Shown piece after piece: positions 54,933 through 63,488 of a DNA stretch of 64,000 bases. This DNA comes from a virus, in IMG/VR virus record IMGVR_UViG_3300023202_000336, positions 64,001 through 128,000 of that record. One strand, 5' to 3'. The notes below the pieces were generated by a model. That model had not been told where the DNA came from and ran no database searches. It worked only from the letters and a program-made list of their open reading frames with translations. How positions within the stretch are numbered: the first letter of the stretch is position 1; each line of letters opens with the position of its first letter. Both the position numbers and the translations under genes were made by a program.

Positions 54933-55404
54933 CGTCAGAGACGAGAAAACACTTAAGGAGGAGGTAGAAGCTCACGAGCGACTGCTTCGGTGCAAAAAGG
55001 TCGAGGTTCGAGACGTCGTAAGACTCGTGAACACAGTGCAGCCGAACGCTCAGTTCAGGGATCATCAAGATATCCCGGGAGTCTGCGTGATAGCGAGGGT
55101 GCAGCGTCGGCATCATACCGAGACAGTCGTTATGTCCGAACCTCCAGAGAGTGGACCGCTCATCAGGGCCCGTCTACAAGACGTGCTCGATAAAGTCGAG
55201 AGGATGGAGAACGTTTATACGAATCATCTTCTTTATGAAGAGCTTCACCCTTTTACCGACGGGAACGGTCGTTCAGGACGGGCGGTATGGCTATGGCAGA
55301 TGTTGCGTACTGATATACCGTGGGGTTATCGATTCGAGCTACCGTTCCTGCAGAAGTGGTACTATGACTCGTTCTCTATGCTCGCTCAGGAGCCTCGTAT
55401 CTGA
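54859..55404 (+). CDS. fic: Fic-domain protein (AMPylase motif intact)
   Basis: HPFTDGNGRSGR; ESNTVEG; SD AAGGAG. Confidence 0.9.
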   Translation: MTKPLPLDVTKLRDFVIESNTVEGIVRDEKTLKEEVEAHERLLRCKKVEVRDVVRLVNTVQPNAQFRDHQDIPGVCVIARVQRRHHTETVVMSEPPESGPLIRARLQDVLDKVERMENVYTNHLLYEELHPFTDGNGRSGRAVWLWQMLRTDIPWGYRFELPFLQKWYYDSFSMLAQEPRI

Positions 55405-55407
55405 GAC
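55372..55407 (+). repeat. Solitary CRISPR-repeat variant forming the last codons and stop of fic
   Basis: TTCTCTATGCTCGCTCAGGAGCCTCGTATCTGAGAC. Confidence 0.85.
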
Positions 55408-55470
55408 GAGATGGATCATCGAGGTAGGCATATATGAGGCAGATAGACACCCGAGTATAGGAGTATATAT

Positions 55471-55534
55471 GAGAAAGTAATCGCGAGCTACTAATGCACG
55501 AGAAGTAATAGCGAGCTACTAACGTACGAGAAAG
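55471..55534 (+). repeat. Imperfect 28-29-bp tandem repeat (GAGAA(A)GTAAT.GCGAGCTACTAA.G.AC) x2 plus partial
   Basis: Read directly. Confidence 0.8.
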
Positions 55535-55548
55535 AAGAGGATACTAGA

Positions 55549-55860
55549 GTGAAGTATACGAGAGTGAAACATGCGAGAAACAAGAGTGCCGCGACCTCCG
55601 GTGAGAAATTCATTTGGAGTGTATTCGCGTGGTCAGCGTTAGGCGCTATCGTTCTAATAGCCTTTGATTACATATGGCCCTACGCAGTCGCAGCCGCGTT
55701 CTGGTGGTCAGTTTTATGGAGCCTTTGCTGGGTTCTGAATACTCTATTCGACAAAGTTGAGTGGCTGGATGACTGGCTTGTAGGAGGGCCCGGACTGAGA
55801 GAAGTAAAAAGGGAGGTCGCTAAATACCATAAAGAACAAGTATTAAAAAAAGAAAGTTGA
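55549..55860 (+). CDS. Small two-TM membrane protein
   Basis: Trp-rich hydrophobic helices; SD GAGGA. Confidence 0.6.
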   Translation: MKYTRVKHARNKSAATSGEKFIWSVFAWSALGAIVLIAFDYIWPYAVAAAFWWSVLWSLCWVLNTLFDKVEWLDDWLVGGPGLREVKREVAKYHKEQVLKKES

Positions 55861-55879
55861 TAGCGCCGAGTGATTGTTC

Positions 55880-55907
55880 GGGCGGGACAAGCCCCCGCCC
55901 TCTTTTT
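55880..55907 (+). terminator. Rho-independent terminator
   Basis: GGGCGGG / CCCGCCC stem then TCTTTTT. Confidence 0.75.
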
Positions 55908-55909
55908 AA

Positions 55910-55988
55910 ATCGAGTCGAGCTACCGTTCCTGCAGAAGTGGTACTATGACCCGTTCACTATGCTCGCTCAGGAGCTCCGTATCTGAGA
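55910..55988 (+). repeat. 79-bp near-identical copy of the fic 3' end (55328-55406), containing solitary repeat variant 55954-55989
   Basis: ATCGA.TCGAGCTACCGTTCCTGCAGAAGTGGTACTATGAC.CGTTC.CTATGCTCGCTCAGGAGC..CGTATCTGAGA in both places. Confidence 0.92.
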
Positions 55989-56075
55989 TAAAAAAAACTA
56001 GTGAATCAGAAAATAGATGATATAGGGTATAATAAAACGAAGGTAGGCGTATTTCTGTAATAAAGGGGGGACGTC

Positions 56076-56765
56076 ATGATAGATGCGATGGTAGCATATT
56101 ACGGTAGGCAATTTCGAGTACGTAATAAGAACGTGTATAGATACCTTTCAGGAATGCAAAAGGATTATAACGAGAGAGCTCGAACGAGGTGTAGAGGGTT
56201 CGAATACATGCGTTTACGGAATAGAGGGTCAAATTACTGTGGGAACCCATTTTGCCCGACGTGTTGGCACCGTAAACAAGAACATCTTATTAGCTTCATC
56301 ATGGATGCTCGATCAGATTTATTATTTTTGAGAGTAACTGACGAGGTCCACTGGGAAGATACACTTAACAAAAGATATCTCGATAAACTAAAAAGTAGAA
56401 AATATAGACTCATAGCTCAATGTATTTCTTTTGATAACCTTATAGGCGTGATCGATGATATCGGGTATAAAATAGCAGGCATATATAGCGCGAGTAGAGA
56501 GGTTCACGATGAGGATACACCAGGAGTGTCTTATGTACACGAGCAGGCGAATGATCCTTTGTCGGAGGTGATAGGAGCGGTAGAAAAGCTCGAATACGAA
56601 GGAAGCGATAAAGAGAGTCTTATACATGATTGGCAAGATACTATGAAGCACCCGTATAAGTTTCGTAGGCACTCGAGGTTTAACGAGTATATTCGTAGGT
56701 TTGAAACGTTTCGTATTGAACGAAGTTGGGCGAAACGCGGAATTGTACCCCGAGGAGGACGTTGA
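56076..56765 (+). CDS. Hypothetical protein with a CxxxxCxxC motif
   Basis: YCGNPFCPTCWHRK. Confidence 0.6.
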   Translation: MIDAMVAYYGRQFRVRNKNVYRYLSGMQKDYNERARTRCRGFEYMRLRNRGSNYCGNPFCPTCWHRKQEHLISFIMDARSDLLFLRVTDEVHWEDTLNKRYLDKLKSRKYRLIAQCISFDNLIGVIDDIGYKIAGIYSASREVHDEDTPGVSYVHEQANDPLSEVIGAVEKLEYEGSDKESLIHDWQDTMKHPYKFRRHSRFNEYIRRFETFRIERSWAKRGIVPRGGR

Positions 56766-57859
56766 TGGCTAATCCGGCATTTATAGCTCTCGGAGATCTT
56801 CATCTTGATTTCTATATTTGGCGTAAATTCAAGCAAGTAAAAGGCGATTCGTTTCTAGGATTCACCTCTTTGATAAATAGAGGTATAGCTCTCGGCGTTC
56901 CGGTCGTACTCGTAGGCGACATATTCGATACAGTCGAGCCAGACCCAGCTATTATACGATTTTTTCGAAGAGAGATGGATAGATGCAGGGATAACGACGT
57001 TGAAGTATACGCGATTCAAGGGAATCACGATCGACGCCCGATACCCTGGTACTCCGCAGTCCACGACTGGCCTATTCATATCGGAGACGGTGAGGAAGTA
57101 GATATAAACGGTATCGGATGCGTTGCTTTCGACAATATGACGCGCGATAAAATAGAAGACGCTATAATGAGCCTGAGAGACTGCGTGCCGAAGCCAGACG
57201 TCCTGTTTCTTCATCAAGCGGTGCGTCAGATGCTGTCATTCGAAGGGGCGTGGAATTGCGATCTCGATTGGATACCGGAAGGCATCCCGGCCACTATAAT
57301 GGGTGATATACATAAAGAATGGGAACATAAAATACGCGAAGGACAGAAGGCGTATTATACCGGCTCGAGCCATCCGAGAGAAGCGCCGGAGATAGGTTCG
57401 AAATCATGTATCGTCGTAAATGACGATCTTTCGGTTGAGAGACTTCCAATTGATTATAGGCCTATGACGAAACTCTATGTGAGATCTGATAAAGAACTAG
57501 AGGATCTGCGATCATGGGTCAACGAGGCTGTCGAGTCGAATCCGAAACTTCCTCCGTTCGCCTGGGTTGTGGCGTCTCCGGAGAAAGAGAGCGATATACT
57601 GGAGTTCAGAGAATCCTTCGAGGACGGCTCAGTTATAATCATAACCGAACCTTTCACATTTAAAGATGATATAGAAGATCCAATAGTTGATGATGAGGAA
57701 TGTTTAAGTATAGAAGCGCTACTTTCAAGATTCTTCGATCCAGATGAAGAACCAAAGAGTTATTCGTTTGCGGCTGACCTGCTCGGTCAGTCGAAGAGCG
57801 TTCTCGACGTAATAGGAGAACGCAGGGACCAATTCTATCAGGAGACCGAAGGTTCATGA
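56765..57859 (+). CDS. sbcD: Mre11/SbcD metallophosphoesterase nuclease
   Basis: GDLHL, GDIFD, GNHD, LHQ and GDIH motifs. Confidence 0.9.
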   Translation: MANPAFIALGDLHLDFYIWRKFKQVKGDSFLGFTSLINRGIALGVPVVLVGDIFDTVEPDPAIIRFFRREMDRCRDNDVEVYAIQGNHDRRPIPWYSAVHDWPIHIGDGEEVDINGIGCVAFDNMTRDKIEDAIMSLRDCVPKPDVLFLHQAVRQMLSFEGAWNCDLDWIPEGIPATIMGDIHKEWEHKIREGQKAYYTGSSHPREAPEIGSKSCIVVNDDLSVERLPIDYRPMTKLYVRSDKELEDLRSWVNEAVESNPKLPPFAWVVASPEKESDILEFRESFEDGSVIIITEPFTFKDDIEDPIVDDEECLSIEALLSRFFDPDEEPKSYSFAADLLGQSKSVLDVIGERRDQFYQETEGS

Positions 57860-59388
57860 CGGACACCGCCGAACTGGTATACGTGATAAGAGATTCGCTG
57901 AAGAGCGATCTGCTGAGAGAGCTGGAAATAGAGGTTGAAGAGGACTCGTTGACTTTTCCGGCTACCGACGATGAAGAAGAGTTCACTATCGAATGCTGGC
58001 GTTTCCCGAAAGAAGAGGTGAGTAAGTTAATTGATTATGGGTACAACTGTACCTCGCTCGCTACTCCTACTAACGAAGACCTTGGGGAAGAGATTCCGGA
58101 GGGGCGAAAGATCGAATTCTTGGCTCTGATGAATCCGGACAATTCCCCCGCACATCACGATGTAGATCCTCGTGAAAGATTCACGGTCGATATCAATAGC
58201 TGGAACAGCCCAGCGCCCGAAAAATTCAAGAGTCGAATCAAGGAGATATTCGAGGAGAGGCTGATGCCGGTAGTTCGAAAGAACATCGGCATTACGGTCC
58301 CTCACGCCGTAAAGGCGTCCACGGTTACTGAGGGAAACACTTTCATCGTCCATGTATGGTCCTCTCCGGTCAGTGCGCCAGACCATGGATATGTTGTTCC
58401 TCCGCAGATGTGGGGAATACCAGTTCCTTGCGTCGATGGTAGTTCCCTTGGGATATGGGCGGACGGTAATCCAGTTATAACAGAGGAAGGTGATGAAGTC
58501 GCTGCTTTCGATGAATATAATCTCTACATCTATTTCGACGCTGTTGAGACCGGCAGTGAAAGTGAGGTTGCTATTCTCGAAAAGATCGCAGAAAGTGTCG
58601 CAACGCAACTTCGTGATGGCCTCGAATACGATCTCGATAAAGTAAAGACTAGTTATATAAAGCAGTGTGGTAAGCGTGTAGAGATGCAGAAGAAAAATCT
58701 TAAGAAGCAGATGACGGATCTCGAAACTAGAGCTACAGAGTTGCAGCAGGAGATGGTGCGTACTCTGCGAGAACATAAGGAAGCTCGAGTACGGGTGGAA
58801 ACGTTCGATAAGCATTCAGATGACATTAACAAGATGCTTTCGGAAGAGTTCGACGCGCTTACCGAGATGCCGAAAATCGAGAGGGTGGAGTACCGTGGTA
58901 ACAGTCTCGCTGTTCATACGAAAACTCTTTTCTGTACCGACCCGAGGACCGATAAGGTACACGAAATCGGGGCTTTCAAGCTGGTTATCGATGAGCTGAG
59001 AGGCGATGTATACTTCTATAACAAAACGAGAAAGATAAATGCGTATAAAGCTCAAATGAACGGTCCCCACCTCTTCCCCGACGGGAGAGCGTGTCTCGGG
59101 AACATGACGAAGGTGTTTCCGCAGCTCATTTCGAGTTATGAGTGGAGCGCGGCTATCAACATGGCGTTGAGTTTTATCGAGCACGTAAATGTGGACGATA
59201 CCGCCGGCGCCCATATCGACATGTGGCCGATAGCTACTGACCCGAGTAAGGAACGTAGAGAAGCTGTGGAAGAGGTTGCTGAAGCCGCAGAGGTTGTAAC
59301 AGAAGGGCATGATGTCCCGGTTACAGAAAACACCGTACCCGCTGCTGCGACGGAAGACGCAGCAGATACCGTAGAAAGAGAGGGATAA
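57856..59388 (+). CDS. Prokaryotic E2-like ubiquitin-conjugating domain at the C-terminus, fused to a coiled coil and an unknown N-terminal region
   Basis: NGPHLFPDGRACLGN (H405, C413) ..FIEHVN.DD.AG..I..WP. Confidence 0.75.
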   Translation: MTDTAELVYVIRDSLKSDLLRELEIEVEEDSLTFPATDDEEEFTIECWRFPKEEVSKLIDYGYNCTSLATPTNEDLGEEIPEGRKIEFLALMNPDNSPAHHDVDPRERFTVDINSWNSPAPEKFKSRIKEIFEERLMPVVRKNIGITVPHAVKASTVTEGNTFIVHVWSSPVSAPDHGYVVPPQMWGIPVPCVDGSSLGIWADGNPVITEEGDEVAAFDEYNLYIYFDAVETGSESEVAILEKIAESVATQLRDGLEYDLDKVKTSYIKQCGKRVEMQKKNLKKQMTDLETRATELQQEMVRTLREHKEARVRVETFDKHSDDINKMLSEEFDALTEMPKIERVEYRGNSLAVHTKTLFCTDPRTDKVHEIGAFKLVIDELRGDVYFYNKTRKINAYKAQMNGPHLFPDGRACLGNMTKVFPQLISSYEWSAAINMALSFIEHVNVDDTAGAHIDMWPIATDPSKERREAVEEVAEAAEVVTEGHDVPVTENTVPAAATEDAADTVEREG

Positions 59389-59393
59389 GATAG

Positions 59394-60062
59394 ATGTTTC
59401 TCCCCCATAGTTTCAAAACAGAAGTAGGGGGCGTTCCCGAGATAATCATCTCTCAGCAGGCGTACTACGACATGTGGACCATCGTCGACAAAGTTACGAC
59501 CGAAGTGGGGTGGATGGGAACAGCTCACCGTAGAGACGACGGCAATCTTTTCATCGAAGAAATTCTCTTGCTGAAGCAGCAGTGCCACTCGACCACTACC
59601 GAGATGTCCCCTGAGGGGTACGCAGATGCTGTTACGCGTCTTGCGATGGAGGACGCCGAGAAAGGAATCAATCCGGAGTCGCCAGACTACAGGGCCAACA
59701 AACTTTTCTTCTGGGGCCATTCTCACGTAAACATGGATACGTCTCCTTCGTCGCAAGACGATGCCCAGATCGAAATATTCAGAGGCGATGGATGTCCGTG
59801 GTTTATCCGCGGCATCTTCAACAAGAAGAAGAGAGCAGAGTTCACTGTATTTTTCTTCGACGCGAATCTGGCGGTCATAGACTGCCCGTGGTCGATAGAG
59901 GCTACCGTCGACGATGGTAGAAGAGAATTCTGGGAGAAGGAAATCAGTGATAAGGTCAGTACTTTCTCGTCGAGCTCGTATTACGGAAGTAACAAGCACA
60001 AAGGCAGCAGCTATACCCCTCGTAGGACGGGTGGTCAGTTCAGTGATCGGTGGAGTAAGTAA
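59394..60062 (+). CDS. JAB/MPN-family metallo-isopeptidase
   Basis: EVGWMG and WGHSHVNMDTSPSSQD (E..HxH..S..D). Confidence 0.88.
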   Translation: MFLPHSFKTEVGGVPEIIISQQAYYDMWTIVDKVTTEVGWMGTAHRRDDGNLFIEEILLLKQQCHSTTTEMSPEGYADAVTRLAMEDAEKGINPESPDYRANKLFFWGHSHVNMDTSPSSQDDAQIEIFRGDGCPWFIRGIFNKKKRAEFTVFFFDANLAVIDCPWSIEATVDDGRREFWEKEISDKVSTFSSSSYYGSNKHKGSSYTPRRTGGQFSDRWSK

Positions 60063-60769
60063 TGAGCGATACCGTGGATACTCTTCGGCATATCAAGGTA
60101 TTCGACGCCGAGGAGTTCGCGAGCAAGCGGGTCGACGTGATAGGGGCCGGAGCTACCGGCTCCCGAATCGCGCTCGCGTTGGCGAAGCTCGGGATCACGA
60201 ATCTTCACGTGTGGGATTTCGATAAGATAGAGTCTCATAATATAGCTAATCAGGCTTACGGACTTAAAGATGTCGGTAAGCCGAAAGTACGTGCGTTGGA
60301 AGAGCTTATTCACGAGCAGACGGGGATTAGTATCGCTCCTCACGAAGAGGCTGCTACGAAAGAGTCCGATCTGGGAGCATATGTGTTCCTTCTCACGGAT
60401 ACCATGGCTTCGAGAAAAGAGATTTGGAAAGGTGCTTTGAAGTACAAAGCCCACGTAGAACTCGTCGTAGAAACGAGGATGGGAATCAGCGAAGGAAGAG
60501 TCTATTCCGTAGTTCCGTCAGAACCGGCGGAAGTTTCATTTTACGAAAAGACGTTCTGCGACGATGACGAAGCAGAGGAGAGCATGTGCGGTGCTCGGAC
60601 CGTAGTCGGCTCCACCGCTGAGTTGGTGAGCGGCTACGCTGTGTGGGCTTTTCTCAGGTACTATAAGTATAATCTCGAACGAAAAGAAGAGCGACCAGAG
60701 GTAGAAATGCTGTTTTTTGCCAGCCCGGCAATGACTATGACGAACTCGCCGAAACCGGTGCTCGTCTAA
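60062..60769 (+). CDS. ThiF/E1-like activating enzyme
   Basis: VIGAGATGS, DFDKIESHNIANQ, ETRMG and SMCG motifs. Confidence 0.9.
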   Translation: MSDTVDTLRHIKVFDAEEFASKRVDVIGAGATGSRIALALAKLGITNLHVWDFDKIESHNIANQAYGLKDVGKPKVRALEELIHEQTGISIAPHEEAATKESDLGAYVFLLTDTMASRKEIWKGALKYKAHVELVVETRMGISEGRVYSVVPSEPAEVSFYEKTFCDDDEAEESMCGARTVVGSTAELVSGYAVWAFLRYYKYNLERKEERPEVEMLFFASPAMTMTNSPKPVLV

Positions 60770-60795
60770 CCAACTTCAAAAGGGAAGAACAAACT

Positions 60796-61047
60796 ATGAT
60801 CGACATTTCCATCGGAGCGCCTCCCCGCTCTCCCATGCGCACCGTCACCGTCCCCGACGATGCTTCCGTCGCGGATGCCATCGAAGCGGCTGGGCTCAAC
60901 GGCCCGGAGTATCGGAACTTCGAGATCCGGGCGGGCGGCAACCACATCGATCACCCCGAGCGCGAACGCGCCACTCCGGGGATGACGGTGATCCTGGCCC
61001 CTCAGGTGAAGGGGAACGAGTTCGAAATTCGCATCAAGACACGATAG
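60796..61047 (+). CDS. Ubiquitin-like (beta-grasp) protein with a C-terminal extension after VKG
   Basis: 83 aa; VTVPDDASVADAI..G...VIL..VKG-NEFEIRIKTR. Confidence 0.75.
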   Translation: MIDISIGAPPRSPMRTVTVPDDASVADAIEAAGLNGPEYRNFEIRAGGNHIDHPERERATPGMTVILAPQVKGNEFEIRIKTR

Positions 61048-61110
61048 ATGGCCAGAAATACCGGGGAGGAATCGTTCTCCCCGGCGTCATCTATGAGGAA
61101 GTGAGATAGC

Positions 61111-63474
61111 ATGATTACGAGAGTAAAAATTAAGAACTTCGGCGTTCATAAGTATATGGATATCGAGTTAGAAAAAGGTATAAACGGGATCATTGGTACG
61201 AATGGTTCCGGTAAATCAACGATACTCGAAGCTATTAGATTCGGATTTACTGGTCAGGTATCTATGTCGGGGAATAAAGACGATAATGTTTCATGGGGCG
61301 AAGATCGCGGTAGTGTAGAGATTTGGTTCACGTACGGTGACACTGATTATCAGCTGAAACGTACTCTTGGAGCTGGTTCTTCTCAGCGTCTGATCACCCC
61401 GGAAGACACTTATCGTCGAAAGACTGAAATCGAGCAGTATTTGAGAGAGCTTCTCGGCGCGAGTGCTGACGCGCTTTTGAACAATATTTTTCCTCCACAA
61501 GGAGATATAGATAAGATACTTTTCGATACGCGTACCCAACGTTTGAAAGAGATGCAGCAAACCGTAGGGCTCCAAAGAGCTGCGGAAGCTGAAAAAGCCC
61601 TCGGTAACGAGATTAACAGTTATATATTAACGATAGGTCTTGACGCACAGATAGAGGCAATCGAAGAAGAATTTGAAAAAGTAGACGAAGAGCTGAAAGA
61701 TGCCACTCGACATAAAAGTTCAGTAGATGACGAGATAGATTGTCTCGAAACCTATAGAGATAAGCTCAACGAGTTCATGATTTCGCAAGAAAATAGGGTC
61801 ATATTGGATGATACCAAAAAGGAAATAGACGGCCTCGAACGAGAGCTCTACAAATCTAATCATGAGCGTCTTGAAATATCCAGTCATATAGAGGCAATGG
61901 CGTATCTTCGTGACTCGAAGAAACCGCTCGTAGAGGATGCTCAGGAGAAACTTCTCGACATCAGGTCGAGAGAGAAACAGATCAAAACGGTCGAATCTTT
62001 GAAAGAGAAACTCGTAAAGATAGATAAAGCGATAGTGGATCTCACAGAGTCGCGAGATGACCTTCTCGATATTATAGAGTCTAAGGAAGATCTCTTACGA
62101 AAGAAGCGTTCCAAGCTCGATCAATTAGTAGACATCGAGAAGGAAAAGATCCCATACCCGGAGACAGAAGAGGAAAAAGAATATAAAGAAGAATATCAGA
62201 ACATCGCAGCTGAGCTCGATGATCTGACGAAAAAGGAGCTGTTTTCGGAAGAGCTGGACGATCTTCAGAAGAAGTTAGAGGGTAGGAATCTCATGCTCGA
62301 GTCTATCGACGAGGGTAGCTGCTACGCATGCGGAGCTCCTGTAGACGACGTTAAGAGGGCCTTTGTTGAGAATGAAATAGAGGAGCTAGAAGGGTCGATT
62401 TCGGAGGTTTCAAAGGCTCTTCGCGCAGAACGCGATGAGAAGGTACGCGAGTTGACCGAGTATCTCTCTGGTCTCGAAAAGAAAATAGAGTATTACATTA
62501 AGACGGCCCGCGAGGTAATATCCTCGAGAAGAAAGAAAATCGAAAAAGAAGTAGAGGAGCTCGAGAATGACTTGAAGATGCTCAGGTCCGAGAAAGAAAC
62601 GCTCGGCGAGCTTCGTGCAAAGAAAACAGCAGTAGAAGAGCAGATATCCAATAACGAAGTAGTAGAGTCTCATGACGTGGATATCGACGAGCTTAAGAGC
62701 ACGGTCGATAAATACGATAAGGTTCTTACGAAATTGAGTGATCTCGAGAGCGAACTTAAGTTAAAGGAACAGAAAATAGAGAATATAGAATCCTCGTTAC
62801 AGCGAGCTAATGAAAGGAAAGAAAAGATAGAAAGTAATACCGTCAGTTTTAGTGATGAGGAAATAGCTGAGGCGAAGGAGAAAGTGGACGTTCTTGCTGA
62901 GAGACTAAATTTTCGTAAGAGCCTCATAGAGGCCCTCACTGGACTGGAAGTGAAATATAAGGAATACTCTTCTTCGCTTAAGAGCCTTCATGAGAAATAT
63001 GAGAGGGAAAAGAAAGATCAAGAATGGGTGAAATTCTGTAAAAAAGTAAGAGACGTGTTTCATGTAAGTGCACTTCCGTCCCTCGCCATGAGAGAATACG
63101 CGACGGTACTGAACAAGCGTGTCGACTACTATCTGTCTACGTGGGAGGCTCATTTTACTATGGAGCTCGACGAAGAGCTGTCATTTATAGCTAAATTCGA
63201 CGATAGAATACATCCGGCGAAGAGGTTGTCGGGTGGACAAAGGATAATTGCGAGTACAAGTTTTAGACTCGCGATGGGTGATACGTTCGCCAAACGCGTC
63301 GGATTGCTAGTTTTAGATGAGCCATCAGTCTATCTAGACAAAGATAACATCATACATCTACAGAGACTTTTACTGAAGTTGAAGGAGCTGGCCGGCGCGA
63401 CCGGTAAACAGATCCTCTTGGTTACACACGAAGAGACATTAAGTGGTTTCTTCGATAACATCATCAGACTGTAA
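61111..63474 (+). CDS. sbcC: Rad50/SbcC SMC-family ATPase
   Basis: GTNGSGKST, CYACG zinc hook, LSGGQ, LVLDEP and LVTHE motifs. Confidence 0.93.
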   Translation: MITRVKIKNFGVHKYMDIELEKGINGIIGTNGSGKSTILEAIRFGFTGQVSMSGNKDDNVSWGEDRGSVEIWFTYGDTDYQLKRTLGAGSSQRLITPEDTYRRKTEIEQYLRELLGASADALLNNIFPPQGDIDKILFDTRTQRLKEMQQTVGLQRAAEAEKALGNEINSYILTIGLDAQIEAIEEEFEKVDEELKDATRHKSSVDDEIDCLETYRDKLNEFMISQENRVILDDTKKEIDGLERELYKSNHERLEISSHIEAMAYLRDSKKPLVEDAQEKLLDIRSREKQIKTVESLKEKLVKIDKAIVDLTESRDDLLDIIESKEDLLRKKRSKLDQLVDIEKEKIPYPETEEEKEYKEEYQNIAAELDDLTKKELFSEELDDLQKKLEGRNLMLESIDEGSCYACGAPVDDVKRAFVENEIEELEGSISEVSKALRAERDEKVRELTEYLSGLEKKIEYYIKTAREVISSRRKKIEKEVEELENDLKMLRSEKETLGELRAKKTAVEEQISNNEVVESHDVDIDELKSTVDKYDKVLTKLSDLESELKLKEQKIENIESSLQRANERKEKIESNTVSFSDEEIAEAKEKVDVLAERLNFRKSLIEALTGLEVKYKEYSSSLKSLHEKYEREKKDQEWVKFCKKVRDVFHVSALPSLAMREYATVLNKRVDYYLSTWEAHFTMELDEELSFIAKFDDRIHPAKRLSGGQRIIASTSFRLAMGDTFAKRVGLLVLDEPSVYLDKDNIIHLQRLLLKLKELAGATGKQILLVTHEETLSGFFDNIIRL

Positions 63475-63488
63475 AAAAGGGTCACATA

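Noticed and set aside
56076-56765. CGNPFCPTCW resembling the zinc motif of rolling-circle Rep proteins
   Set aside because: No HUH or catalytic Tyr motif recognised downstream; left as hypothetical.
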